In this document: positions 52,062-61,436 of the stretch, piece after piece
Position numbering within the stretch: position 1 is the stretch's first letter
How the letters are laid out: the number at the start of each line of letters is the position of its first letter
Assembly (NCBI GenBank): GCA_001643675.2
Contig: LSRY02000022.1
Location: 1,054,001 to 1,118,000 of the forward strand
Direction of reading: 5' to 3'
DNA from: Monocercomonoides exilis PA203
Lineage: Eukaryota; Protista; Preaxostyla
DNA length: 64,000 bases
Made by a program: the position numbers and the translations under genes
Notes under the pieces: model-generated
Told to the model about the DNA's origin: nothing
The model's database searches: none
What the model saw: the letters and a program-made list of their open reading frames with translations, nothing else

Positions 52062-55000
52062 TTAATTGGGAGATGATGAGACCATCATCAGAACAGCTTT
52101 CGTGATCGTCCTTTGCTTTTCCTCTGATTCCTTCCTTATTTGGGCCCTTGTTCTGATTATGAACTCTTTTACCTGTTCTGGCGGATCTCCTTTTCCTTCA
52201 CTGGGCTCTTCAATCCTTGTAGGCCTCATTGGCTGTTCTTCCCCACTTCTTTGTTCTGCATTCTCTCGTTGACAAATAAAGCTATTGGCTTGTGGTTTAG
52301 TTGTTTTCTCATTTCCGCCTCTCTTCTTTGCTTCGGATCTTCTGTACATGGCTGTGCTGTCTGCATCCTCTCTGTTCGCTCTATCTTCTTGATCGTTTGT
52401 TGCAGAGGCAATAACGCGGGCCATTGATGATGCTAGGTTTGATCGAAAATAATGTTTGACCAACGTGTTTGTTCGTGGTGACAATCTTGCAAACCTTGCC
52501 ACTTGTTCTGGGGGAATTCCTGCCATCGTCAGTGTTGAAAGGCTTGCTGCTTTGATCGAGTATGGTGTGAATCTCTTGGGCACTCCTGCATCATAAATCG
52601 CTTCCTTTGCGAGCTTCCGAATTCCTTCTACAGCTAACGGATGAAAGTTCTCTGTGTTAAGAAGCAATTTGTCTGTGTGACTGTTTTTCTCTTGGACTTT
52701 TTTCCACAATTCCTGGATCGCTGATGCGGGACAAATCAAACTCAGTTCTGGTAAGAACGGAACAGCAATCTCCGTGCGTGTGTTTGAGGTCTTCAACTTT
52801 GTGTCCAAATACACGCCTTCCTCCTCAAACCTGCTTTCCAACATATTGATCCTCTCGAGCTCCGTGAATCTACAAGCTGAAAACAACATCGTTAGAACAA
52901 TCACTTTCATAGTGAGCTGTTTAAAGCTTAACCCTTCATTTGGTCCCAGGCCAGAAAAGAAATTAAGCACTATTCGAGGATTCCAAATGTCTCCTGTCTT
53001 CTTCTTTCTTGACTTGTCCGTCCTTCGGAACGATCTAAAAAGGGTACGAATAATAGGGATGTCTCCAAGGAAGGAAGAGAATACAATATTGGAGTAAAGC
53101 GATACTGCTGCCCTTGTCAATTGAAGGCAAGTTAACTTCATGCCACCGTTCCTAAGCGATAGAAACACATTTGCACAACATGCGGCCCACTCTTGAATAG
53201 ACTCCGGTATTCTTCCATGTCCACACTCTCTCCATTGTTTTCCAAAATGAGCAAATCCATACAGATACACTCGCCATGTGCTCTTGGATATGCCTGCTCT
53301 GCACTCTTCTGCTAACGAGAAAGGGATTGATTTTTGTTCCAATGCATTCTTCCACCATTGTTCCCCATCGCGTAAGGTGCATTCAGCCAGATTATCCTCA
53401 ATCGACCTGGTGGAAGACTCGCACCTGTCCATTGCATCGATGGACCCTTCCGCAGAACCTCCTTCTGATTCTTCCAAGTCCATTCCAAATGGGGAATGGA
53501 CCTTAACAAGCTCTCCCAATTCTGTCCCTTCCAATTCGGCAGGAGTAATATCACTTGTGCTCTCTCCTGTCGTGCTTTCTGGATCGTCGGAATCACAAGC
53601 GGGATCGGTGGATGAGCTAACACGACTTCGTTCTTCCAGGGAAACATCAGTCCGTCTTCTGCAAGCTGACTTCCTATTCCGCACCATCTTCCCACTTTGC
53701 GATTGTGTTGCGCTGCAAACGCGTCCAGCGTTGGAGCAATGTTTAGTTTCGTCATTATCTTTTCCCATTCTTCGTCCTGCACCTCGTAGTCTCCTGCTCT
53801 CTCCAGTCGTGATAACGCATCTGCTCTTGTGTTCAGTACACCTGGAACATGTGACGCTCTCAACTCTATGCCTAGATCTTGTTTTAGTCTCCATAATTTC
53901 CTCAGCACTGGTCGAAGCTTCTTCCCTGCATTCCATCTGTTTATGTTGAACACCACGGATGTATTGTCCGATCTTAGGTGAAGAAAGGACACGTGATGTT
54001 CCTGAAGGATTGGTGAGAAGTGGCTCAGAGCAAGAAATACTGCCATTAGTTCCCTGAAATTGGATGATTGCTTTCTCACTCTGTGGGGGAACGGATTGTG
54101 CGCATCGAGGAGCTGGTTGTTCAAGAGGAGCGAAGCTCCCCAAGCCGTCTCCGATGCATCTGTTGTAAGAGTTGCATCCGGGGAAAATACTGGGATAAGT
54201 CTGCGACTTGGGTGTGCTCTCAACTTCGATATCCATTGCCGAATCTGTTGCAGGATTGACGCATTCAACCTCAATTTGCCTTTCCATCCTCTTTCCTTTA
54301 TTCCTTTCTGGAGCATACGATGCATGGAGTGAAGCCATAGAGAAGCGTCTGGCTGAACAAACCGAACAGCATTGAGTTTTCCAATAAAGGAAGCCAGATC
54401 TTTCACTTTCACAATTCTTGCTTTTACACAATCCTTTTCCCATCTGCGACACAAGCGAGTCAGTGCTTCTTTTCTGTCTCTTGCAAGCCGAACCTTCATC
54501 TTCGACGAGTCCCACTCGAAGCCAAGGAAAGAAAACCTTCTTCTTGGTGTCAACTGGCTTTTCTCCTGGTTCACCAAAAGACCTAATTCCTCCAGAAACC
54601 TGATAATCTCTTTGGCGGCCTGTGCTAAGAATTCCTTGTTCTCGTGTAATATAAGGAAATCGTCCAAATATGCGATTACCCGAACATCCCATCGTTTCCT
54701 GATTTCTGAAGTCACCTTCCTCATCGCGTGCGTGAAAACTCTTGGGGCGTCTACGAAACCAAACGGCATTCCTCTGAATGTGTAGTCTTTTCCAGAAAAT
54801 CTGAAAGCCAAATATGGTCTTAGGTCTTTGGAAACCGGAAGCAGATAGTAGGCCTGTTGCAAATCCACTGAGACTGCGTAATCTTTTCTTCTCAGCACAC
54901 GCTCTACTGTCTTTTCGTTGTCGCATTTGAAGTGCGTCTTTATCAAGGCAGCGTTCAATCTCCGGCAATCCAGTATCTGCCTCCATGCTCCCGATTTCTT

Positions 55001-55367
55001 TCTGATCAAAAACACGTTGTTCCTGTGCCTCACCTCCTCTGACCTTATCTCCTCCACAATTCCTGTCTCTATCTGTTCCTGCAGAAGATCTGCGAACACC
55101 TTTCTTTGATCTTCGTTTGAGTGAACGGCTCCATCTCTGAACGGCATATCCCTTAGCTTCATTCTCATATGTTTGCTTTTCCACATCGCCTGCACGCCCT
55201 GTTTTATCAACTTGGCACCACCAATTCTTTCCCAAGCCTCTATGAAAAACTCCGTTCTTCCTCCAATCCTTGTCCTGCCCATGACTCCTTTCCTCGCTCC
55301 ATCTCCCCTCTCTATTGTTGACCCCGACTTCGGCTGTAGTATCTCCAGTTCGTTGTGGTCCATCCAT
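52062..55367 (-). CDS. DIRS ORF3: tyrosine recombinase (C-terminal domain ~52440-53370) on a long leader overlapping the RT ORF
   Basis: STWRVY, IWNPRIVL, LTMKVIVLTMLFSACRFTEL (catalytic R), TKLKT (K), ICPASAI, FTPYSIKAAS and TLVKHY (Y). Confidence 0.92.
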   Translation of the reverse strand: MDGPQRTGDTTAEVGVNNREGRWSEERSHGQDKDWRKNGVFHRGLGKNWWCQVDKTGRAGDVEKQTYENEAKGYAVQRWSRSLKRRSKKGVRRSSAGTDRDRNCGGDKVRGGEAQEQRVFDQKEIGSMEADTGLPEIERCLDKDALQMRQRKDSRACAEKKRLRSLSGFATGLLSASGFQRPKTIFGFQIFWKRLHIQRNAVWFRRRPKSFHARDEEGDFRNQETMGCSGNRIFGRFPYITREQGILSTGRQRDYQVSGGIRSFGEPGEKPVDTKKKVFFPWLRVGLVEDEGSACKRQKRSTDSLVSQMGKGLCKSKNCESERSGFLYWKTQCCSVCSARRFSMASLHASYAPERNKGKRMERQIEVECVNPATDSAMDIEVESTPKSQTYPSIFPGCNSYNRCIGDGLGSFAPLEQPAPRCAQSVPPQSEKAIIQFQGTNGSISCSEPLLTNPSGTSRVLSSPKIGQYIRGVQHKQMECREEASTSAEEIMETKTRSRHRVESVTCSRCTEHKSRCVITTGESRRLRGAGRRMGKDNDETKHCSNAGRVCSATQSQSGKMVRNRKSACRRRTDVSLEERSRVSSSTDPACDSDDPESTTGESTSDITPAELEGTELGELVKVHSPFGMDLEESEGGSAEGSIDAMDRCESSTRSIEDNLAECTLRDGEQWWKNALEQKSIPFSLAEECRAGISKSTWRVYLYGFAHFGKQWRECGHGRIPESIQEWAACCANVFLSLRNGGMKLTCLQLTRAAVSLYSNIVFSSFLGDIPIIRTLFRSFRRTDKSRKKKTGDIWNPRIVLNFFSGLGPNEGLSFKQLTMKVIVLTMLFSACRFTELERINMLESRFEEEGVYLDTKLKTSNTRTEIAVPFLPELSLICPASAIQELWKKVQEKNSHTDKLLLNTENFHPLAVEGIRKLAKEAIYDAGVPKRFTPYSIKAASLSTLTMAGIPPEQVARFARLSPRTNTLVKHYFRSNLASSMARVIASATNDQEDRANREDADSTAMYRRSEAKKRGGNEKTTKPQANSFICQRENAEQRSGEEQPMRPTRIEEPSEGKGDPPEQVKEFIIRTRAQIRKESEEKQRTITKAVLMMVSSSPN
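53312..55363 (-). CDS. DIRS ORF2: reverse transcriptase - RNase H - adenine methyltransferase-like domain, 683 aa
   Basis: RT: WRQILDCRRLN, VDLQQAY, MPFG, AYLDD, FLG. RNase H: LTTDASETAWGA, SNFREL, RSDNTSV, HVPGVLNTRADALSR. MT-like: LDAFA, DGLMFPW, AHPPIP, LLLPNW. Confidence 0.96.
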   Translation of the reverse strand: MDHNELEILQPKSGSTIERGDGARKGVMGRTRIGGRTEFFIEAWERIGGAKLIKQGVQAMWKSKHMRMKLRDMPFRDGAVHSNEDQRKVFADLLQEQIETGIVEEIRSEEVRHRNNVFLIRKKSGAWRQILDCRRLNAALIKTHFKCDNEKTVERVLRRKDYAVSVDLQQAYYLLPVSKDLRPYLAFRFSGKDYTFRGMPFGFVDAPRVFTHAMRKVTSEIRKRWDVRVIAYLDDFLILHENKEFLAQAAKEIIRFLEELGLLVNQEKSQLTPRRRFSFLGFEWDSSKMKVRLARDRKEALTRLCRRWEKDCVKARIVKVKDLASFIGKLNAVRFVQPDASLWLHSMHRMLQKGIKERGWKGKLRLNASILQQIRQWISKLRAHPSRRLIPVFSPDATLTTDASETAWGASLLLNNQLLDAHNPFPHRVRKQSSNFRELMAVFLALSHFSPILQEHHVSFLHLRSDNTSVVFNINRWNAGKKLRPVLRKLWRLKQDLGIELRASHVPGVLNTRADALSRLERAGDYEVQDEEWEKIMTKLNIAPTLDAFAAQHNRKVGRWCGIGSQLAEDGLMFPWKNEVVLAHPPIPLVIPTIQKARQERAQVILLLPNWKGQNWESLLRSIPHLEWTWKNQKEVLRKGPSMQWTGASLPPGRLRIIWLNAPYAMGNNGGRMHWNKNQSLSR

Positions 55368-56247
55368 CTCTCTGCCGCTTTCCTTCTCGTGTTGCCTGTG
55401 AGCGGGGTCCTCTCCGAAAAAACTGTGAGCCCCAGATCTTTCTTGGGCCAGTGTAATTTCTTCTTGGAAGCCCCTGTGTTGCAGAGCTCCTCTCTCCTTT
55501 AGACCATAAGGAACTTGTTGACTTTCTGCTCGTTACTTTAACGGGGGTTGAGGAGCTTGTCGCTAATCTTGTCTCCTTTAAAATCTGCTCCTGGCGTTCG
55601 GTTAATAATCCCGTCACATTTTCTGATTTCATTTGCTCCGCCATCCGAAAACCAAATCTTCCTTGCAGCCTGGTTGTTCTCGCCTCCTGCAATGCCTTCG
55701 CTATAAGCAGTAACGCGTCAGCTCCCCTTTGTGCACTTTCCCGATGAGGGTCTGAGTCAGCCAAGCTCAGAAGCTGAGCCTTGAAAGCCTGATACAAACA
55801 CAGCTCTATTCTATAACCCGCGGAATCCAACGCATCATTAAACCAATTGGCCGATTTTTGGAAGGGGGGAGGCGCTGGCTGCAATACTGGGCTTAGATCC
55901 TGAAGCGCGTATTCTTGTTCAATACTTTCTATTGAAAAGGCAGGAAGTTGAAGATCAAAAATGGATCTATTTGGTTCCTGACCGAAAATGCTATTAAAAA
56001 CGTCAGCAGCCCTTTCGTGCAAGTCTGAGTCTGTTTCTTCTTCTGTGCTCTTTTCTTCGGTTGCTCTTGCCTCTGTTTCCGGAGGACTTGATTGAGAAGA
56101 TACCGACGCAGAAGAAGGAATTGGTGGAAGGAGCGTTTGGACCCCAAGCTGGCTTTGCACCCCACCTGGCAGTGAGGCTGCTTCGGTTGCCGGTGTAAGT
56201 CCAGTTGTCTGCGGGAAAAATGGTGATTGCATCATGAATTCGATCAT
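55312..56247 (-). CDS. DIRS ORF1, gag-like (about 311 aa from the first ATG inside the element)
   Basis: First ORF after the 5' ITR, overlapping the starts of ORF2 and ORF3. The call is positional, with no diagnostic motif. The ORF-track extension to 56583 runs into host DNA. Confidence 0.75.
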   Translation of the reverse strand: MIEFMMQSPFFPQTTGLTPATEAASLPGGVQSQLGVQTLLPPIPSSASVSSQSSPPETEARATEEKSTEEETDSDLHERAADVFNSIFGQEPNRSIFDLQLPAFSIESIEQEYALQDLSPVLQPAPPPFQKSANWFNDALDSAGYRIELCLYQAFKAQLLSLADSDPHRESAQRGADALLLIAKALQEARTTRLQGRFGFRMAEQMKSENVTGLLTERQEQILKETRLATSSSTPVKVTSRKSTSSLWSKGERSSATQGLPRRNYTGPRKIWGSQFFRRGPRSQATREGKRQRDGWTTTNWRYYSRSRGQQ

Positions 56248-56258
56248 GGTGACTTCGA

Positions 56259-56296
56259 ATAGATCGTGGTTCTCAATTATAAGAGAAGGAATTGAT
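56259..56296. repeat. DIRS inverted terminal repeat (element 5' end)
   Basis: Perfect 38-bp reverse complement of 51689-51726. Confidence 0.95.
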
Positions 56297-58617
56297 TGAA
56301 GATTTTCTTGACAATAAAGGTGCTTATGCACTTTTATTGAAATCAACGATGCAATTGAAAACGGGCACTTGTGTTTGGAGAATTCGATTTTATTGCTCAA
56401 GCGGATTGGCTTTTGCAAATTACTCAACTGCATGTGGATTTTTGAATACGACGAATGCACTTTGCACAAAAGATTCGAAAAGTTGGTGCTGGAAGAAGAA
56501 AACAAGAAAGGGGAAAAGAACGAAAAGCTGATGATCGACCTTTGTGAATGCTTTCTTGCTTTGTTTGAAGGAATTCCAGACACATCAAAGGATGCAGTTG
56601 CTATTAGTGTCCGTTGTGTGATGAAGGCTGCAATGAGTAAAGAGGAGGATGAGAAAACTCAAAAAGAAGTGGAAATGGCCTTGCTTGCTTTGAGCAATGC
56701 AAAATATTTTGATGTGTGAAAGTTTGTTCATTGATTCAATAATTCGTTTGTTGGTTTGTTGTCTTTTGAATAGTGTGACAACAGGGTTCAATTCCTTGAT
56801 GAAAGTGCTGAAATCATCAAATATCACCAGGAGCATCACAACCTCACCAGACTTGCGTATCAATCTGCTTGGTGTTCCATTGTTAGTCAGGCAAGCAATG
56901 ACGAGAAAATGGGGAAAACGGTTGAAAATGAACTGAATTTTTGCAAAGAGGCAGAAAGAGAATTGGATGAGCTGTTGAGGTGTGTGAATTGGAGGAAAAA
57001 TGAAAAGGAGATAGATGAAAATTTTGAGGTTCGCCTGATGAAAAGATGGCTTCGAATAATCAACGCATATTTCTTCAAAAACACTTTGAGAGGAGATGAG
57101 GTTTTGAGGCTGATTGCATGTGTTGTGAGACTTTGTCAAACTGTTAAGAATTCAAGCAAAACAGCCTTTGGGAGTGGAATGTTCATTTTCCAAAAGATAA
57201 TCAGAAGTTGCTTGGGGAACTTTGATTATTTGCTGAGAGGCGGAGCAATGGATTATCTTTTTCAGGAGCTGAGCCAACCGACATTCAGATGTGACACTTT
57301 TGGAGAGTGCATGCAGTTCTTTTCGGATCTGTCAATTGCGTTGCACGGAGAAAAAGTCAACACGAATGTTGAAGATGATGAAAGTGAACATTTGGATGAG
57401 TTTGAATGGGAAGGCGAAGGTGGTCAAGATGATGAATGTGATGAATACGATGATTGCGATGAAAATGGCAAAGAAATTGACAATGACGAAGTGATAAAGG
57501 CCGATGAAACTGAAAAACCCAATGGCACTGATGAGGCAAAGCAAATGTTGATAGAAAGAGTTATTCTGAATAAGTTTGAGGAAAAAGGGTTTGAAGATAT
57601 TATCTTTATCTTCGAAACTTATCTTCCATGGTTAAAGTGTTATTCATTTGCATCAGGCGATGCAAGTGATTATTTCATTAGAAACTGAATCAGGAGATTC
57701 TGTTTGTGGATAGTGATTTTTTGTTTGTGTCTCATGAGAAGAGCATTCACGTTATCTGTACAGATGAGTTTGAATCTGAGTTTATTGTTTCATTCATTTA
57801 CATTGTTGATGCATTTTCTTCTTTTGTTTTCCTCTTTTATAATCTGATAATTGTTGATTTCAAGTTGTGTATGTTAAATTATGAAACTCTCTTGAAAGGA
57901 TTGAATTTCATGTTTTCAAACAAGCAGTTCACAAAATGAGAGAATAGGAAATTCATTTTTTTTTTTAATTTCAACATTGAACAATTATTTTTGTATTACA
58001 GCTTTCTTTTGGCTTTTATTCACAAAGTTTGTAGAAAATCTGAAAAATAAATGACTGCTCTATTCTTAAAAAAGAAATCAAAAAATTGAACGAAAAAAGA
58101 TTTGATTGTTTGGCAACACAATGAGTTCATTTGAAAAATGAAGATAATTCTGTGTGGACGATATTTGCACACAACGAATATCTTTCCTTACACAAAAAAT
58201 AATGATTGGGAAGAATTAATCAAAAAGGAAAATGTTATTATTTCAAAAAGATATTCTAATAGTGTAAGAAGAGTTTTATTTTGTCTGATATTTGTGATCT
58301 TTTTGTTGCATCAACGATAATTTCGGAATGAAAACTATCGTGCAGTTTTTTGAGTTATCTTTGTTTATTTTTCATTTTTTTTATATTTCACTCATCGAAA
58401 TTATTGTATCATAAATCGTTTTCATTGATTGAAAGCTGACCGGCAATTTTTTATTGATTTTTTGATAAACAGCTTCAGCATTTCTTTCATGATTGAAAAT
58501 CGTTTTTTATTATTATTCTAATTATTGTAAAGAATTTCTTTAATCAAAAGTTTTTTTCTCATTTTTCAAATAAGCTTGATAAGAAAAATGATATAATTCT
58601 GTTTTTATAATGGAATA

Positions 58618-58832
58618 CATGTGGCTGAACCTTTTTGAAATTAAACTTTCGTTCAAGTCTTGATCAAAATTTTGTTTTCAGTAGGATTTTGAAAAAAAAA
58701 AGAGTTTGAACTGAAAATACTTTTTGTTTATGATATAGCTATTGCAAAAACAAATTTTGAATAAAATCCCATTGAGATTAAATTTTTGATCAAAACTCGA
58801 ACGAAAGTATGATTTGAAAAGGATCAGCCATG
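58618..58832. mobile_element. Short fold-back/MITE-like element flanked by TA
   Basis: 58616-58690 and 58763-58834 are imperfect ~75-bp inverted repeats (TACAT..GGCTGA.CC..ACTTTCGTTC..TTGATCAAAA..GGATTTT). Confidence 0.6.
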
Positions 58833-61436
58833 TAATCTACAAGATCAACAAAATAAAATATTTTTTTTCACGAATTCTTGCAGTTAATATAAAAATGTCA
58901 CACTCAACGACATAGAGAAAATTTAAATTTGTAAATATTCGAAGATTTGAATTCAAGTTTAATGTGACAGATCGATTATTAGTATTCATTTAAAAATATG
59001 ATGTTTCATATCATCTGAAGATAAAGTATTATCAACGTTTCAAAAAGAAAAACACATTTTTTCAAAAAATGAAAATGCAGAATAATAGCAATAATCTCAT
59101 TTTTATCGTTATCGTTTTGATTGAATTTTTCAATATTTAAAAAAATTGTTATTATCTGAAAAAATACAGCATTTGGATTGCTCCAAGTGCAAGCAATTCA
59201 TGAGTTCAGTTTATGAAGTCATAGTTATGAAATAAACTGAAAAAAGTGTTGAGTGTCACTCTTCATTTTTTATTCTTTCTGTTTATAAAACCTCTTTTTG
59301 ACATGTTTTTTTGATATTATCTTTAAAGAGAAAAAAGATTTTTATTCGAGCAAGTGGGTGATTGTTTTTGAGATCATAACTTTTTTCGGGTTTTTTTTAT
59401 TATTATTCATTGTCATTTGATCAACAATTCTCATTGTTACATAAATTGCTAATCTCTCGTTTCAAGAGACATTGTTTAACTAGAAAAAAATTGAGGAGTA
59501 GTCAATAAATTTATCTTTCACTTTTCAGTGTTTTTTTGGCATAGGTGTATTTAAGGTCCTTTTCCAATTCTTGATTATTCTTTAAAACATTATGATAAAT
59601 AAAAAGTAGAATTAATAATAAAACATTTGTATGGACTGGAATTTTGAAATTCTTTTTGATCCTTGAGAAAAAACAATTTTTAAAAATCACCCATATATCT
59701 GAGTGTTTTTTCAAAATTTTAATTAAAATTGATAATTTTGAAACAAAAAGTAGATGAAATGTTATTAATTGTAATATTGTCCTTTTCAATAATTAAAATT
59801 TGGAATTAAAACATTTAAAAAAAATAAATTAAAAAATTTAAATATTTTGATCAATCCCACAATTAAATTTTTTATATCCAAAAAATAAGAATTGCTTTTT
59901 TTATTTCACACAATGTTGAAGTTTTCTGATGTCACGTTATCTTCGCCTTATATATTCAAACTTTTATAAGCAGGTGATGCCATGTTGAAATTCACTCGAA
60001 CTGCTTTTTCATAGCTTTATTGAATTTCAAAGGATGTTTTTGTTAATATTCATTGATTTTCTTCTCAAATATGCATTGGTGAACGATCACTATTGATAAT
60101 GAATATTTTTTTTATAAGATTAGAACTTTTATTAAGTTCATTTGATATGTTATGATTTATTCATTTTCAATTTATTGCTTTTTTCGGAAAAATGCCGAAG
60201 ATAATTGTTTTCTTTTTGTTCATTAAAAGTAACTTTTCATATATTTGTAGTTTTTTTATTTATAAAATGAATCGATTTGAAATATCAATACATTTTAACA
60301 TAATTTAAAAATGTTAATAAAAATTGTGAAAACAGTTTCTTTCACTCCAAAATGTAAATTGTTATTTCATTGAACGCATACCATGTGCTCTTTTTCAAGG
60401 CATATTCTATCAAACAGATGTTTCAATTGTTGGATCATTTAATAATAATTACAAAAATTTTGTAAATTCAATGATAACAATGAACTCAGTCAACTTTATT
60501 TCCTTATTCAAAAATTGCATCACTCCTCCTCCTCCTCATCATCATCTTCTTCTTCTTCTTCTTTGACTTGTTCATGCGAACAACGCACTCTGAAAGCAAC
60601 ACAACAGCTACATGAAACAGAAACTGGAACAGGTCCATCACCACAGAAAGAGAAATTGATATCGACGACGAAAATGAATAAAGGCAACGGACAAGCACGC
60701 ACTCATTAAGAATGTCATCATCATCATCACCACCATCACCACATCTATCGCAGCAATCAAGGCAGCAAACAGCGCAACAAGTTCCAGCAAATGCTGCGGC
60801 AACAATCTCAACAACAATCTCGGCAGCAGCCACAATTGCCGTCTAACCATCATCATCATCATCATTCAGAGGGAGTCAGCAGGCAGCATCGCAGGCACAA
60901 CTGCTCTGATGATCATTCACACGGAACTGAGACGGCTGCATCGTCTTGTTCCCCCAGGAACAAAGCGAAGCGGATGAGCATAATTGTACCTGCAGAGCAG
61001 CTGTTTGCGAGCGAGTATAGGTTTGAGAAGGAATCTCTTCCGCCCTCTCCTTTTCCGAAGGACAACCCACAGTTTGTGAGCACGCTAGCAGCAGAAACAG
61101 GGGCAGAGACAGATGCAGAAGCCAAAGCAGAGACAGACATCGGACGCGAAGGGGATGGGCCTGGTTTGGTCAAAAGTGAAACGCTATTGTTATCTAATTC
61201 TTCCTCCTCTTCCTCCTCTTCTTTGCCACTTCGGTTGCTTCAACAACAGAATGCGCATCTTTGTGCTTAGACAATCCTTTGCCAGGCTGCTCGGCAACTC
61301 CTGAGCTTGCTGACCAATCCCTTTCATTTTCTCCACCTCCCCTTCCGCCACATGCACCACCTCTCTCTTCTCTTCCTCTTCTTCTTCTTCTTCTTTTTCT
61401 CCTCCTCCTCTCTCTCTCTCTATTTCTTTCTTTCTT

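Larger units (their letters stand above)
51672..56338 (-). mobile_element. Full-length DIRS-type tyrosine-recombinase retrotransposon (4667 bp)
   Basis: gag-like, RT-RNaseH-MT and YR ORFs, inverted terminal repeats and an internal complementary region. Higher GC than the flanks. Boundaries are ambiguous only within the shared 7-bp TTTTATT (51665-51671 / 56332-56338). Confidence 0.96.
51448..57688 (+). pseudogene. Lineage-specific family gene, intact except for the DIRS insertion
   Basis: Exons ~51448-51502, 51544-51671 [element] 56339-56713 and 56774-57688. Removing 51672-56338 gives the uninterrupted ..SAISYMVFI-EINDAIENGHLCLENSILLLKRIGFCK..EIIKYHQEHHNLTRLAYQSAW.. The start codon is uncertain. 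Confidence 0.88.

Noticed and set aside
53278-53949. 223-aa antisense ORF within the DIRS element
   Set aside because: No recognisable motif. It is likely a by-product of two constrained frames on the opposite strand.
56248-56583. N-terminal 112 aa of the 423-aa ORF 55312-56583
   Set aside because: It crosses the element terminus into the antisense strand of the host exon, so it is a chance open frame.
60504-61436. GC-richer Q/H/S-rich ORF fragments next to the surface-protein pseudogene
   Set aside because: No consistent frame, start or domain. It is probably a decayed low-complexity coding fragment.
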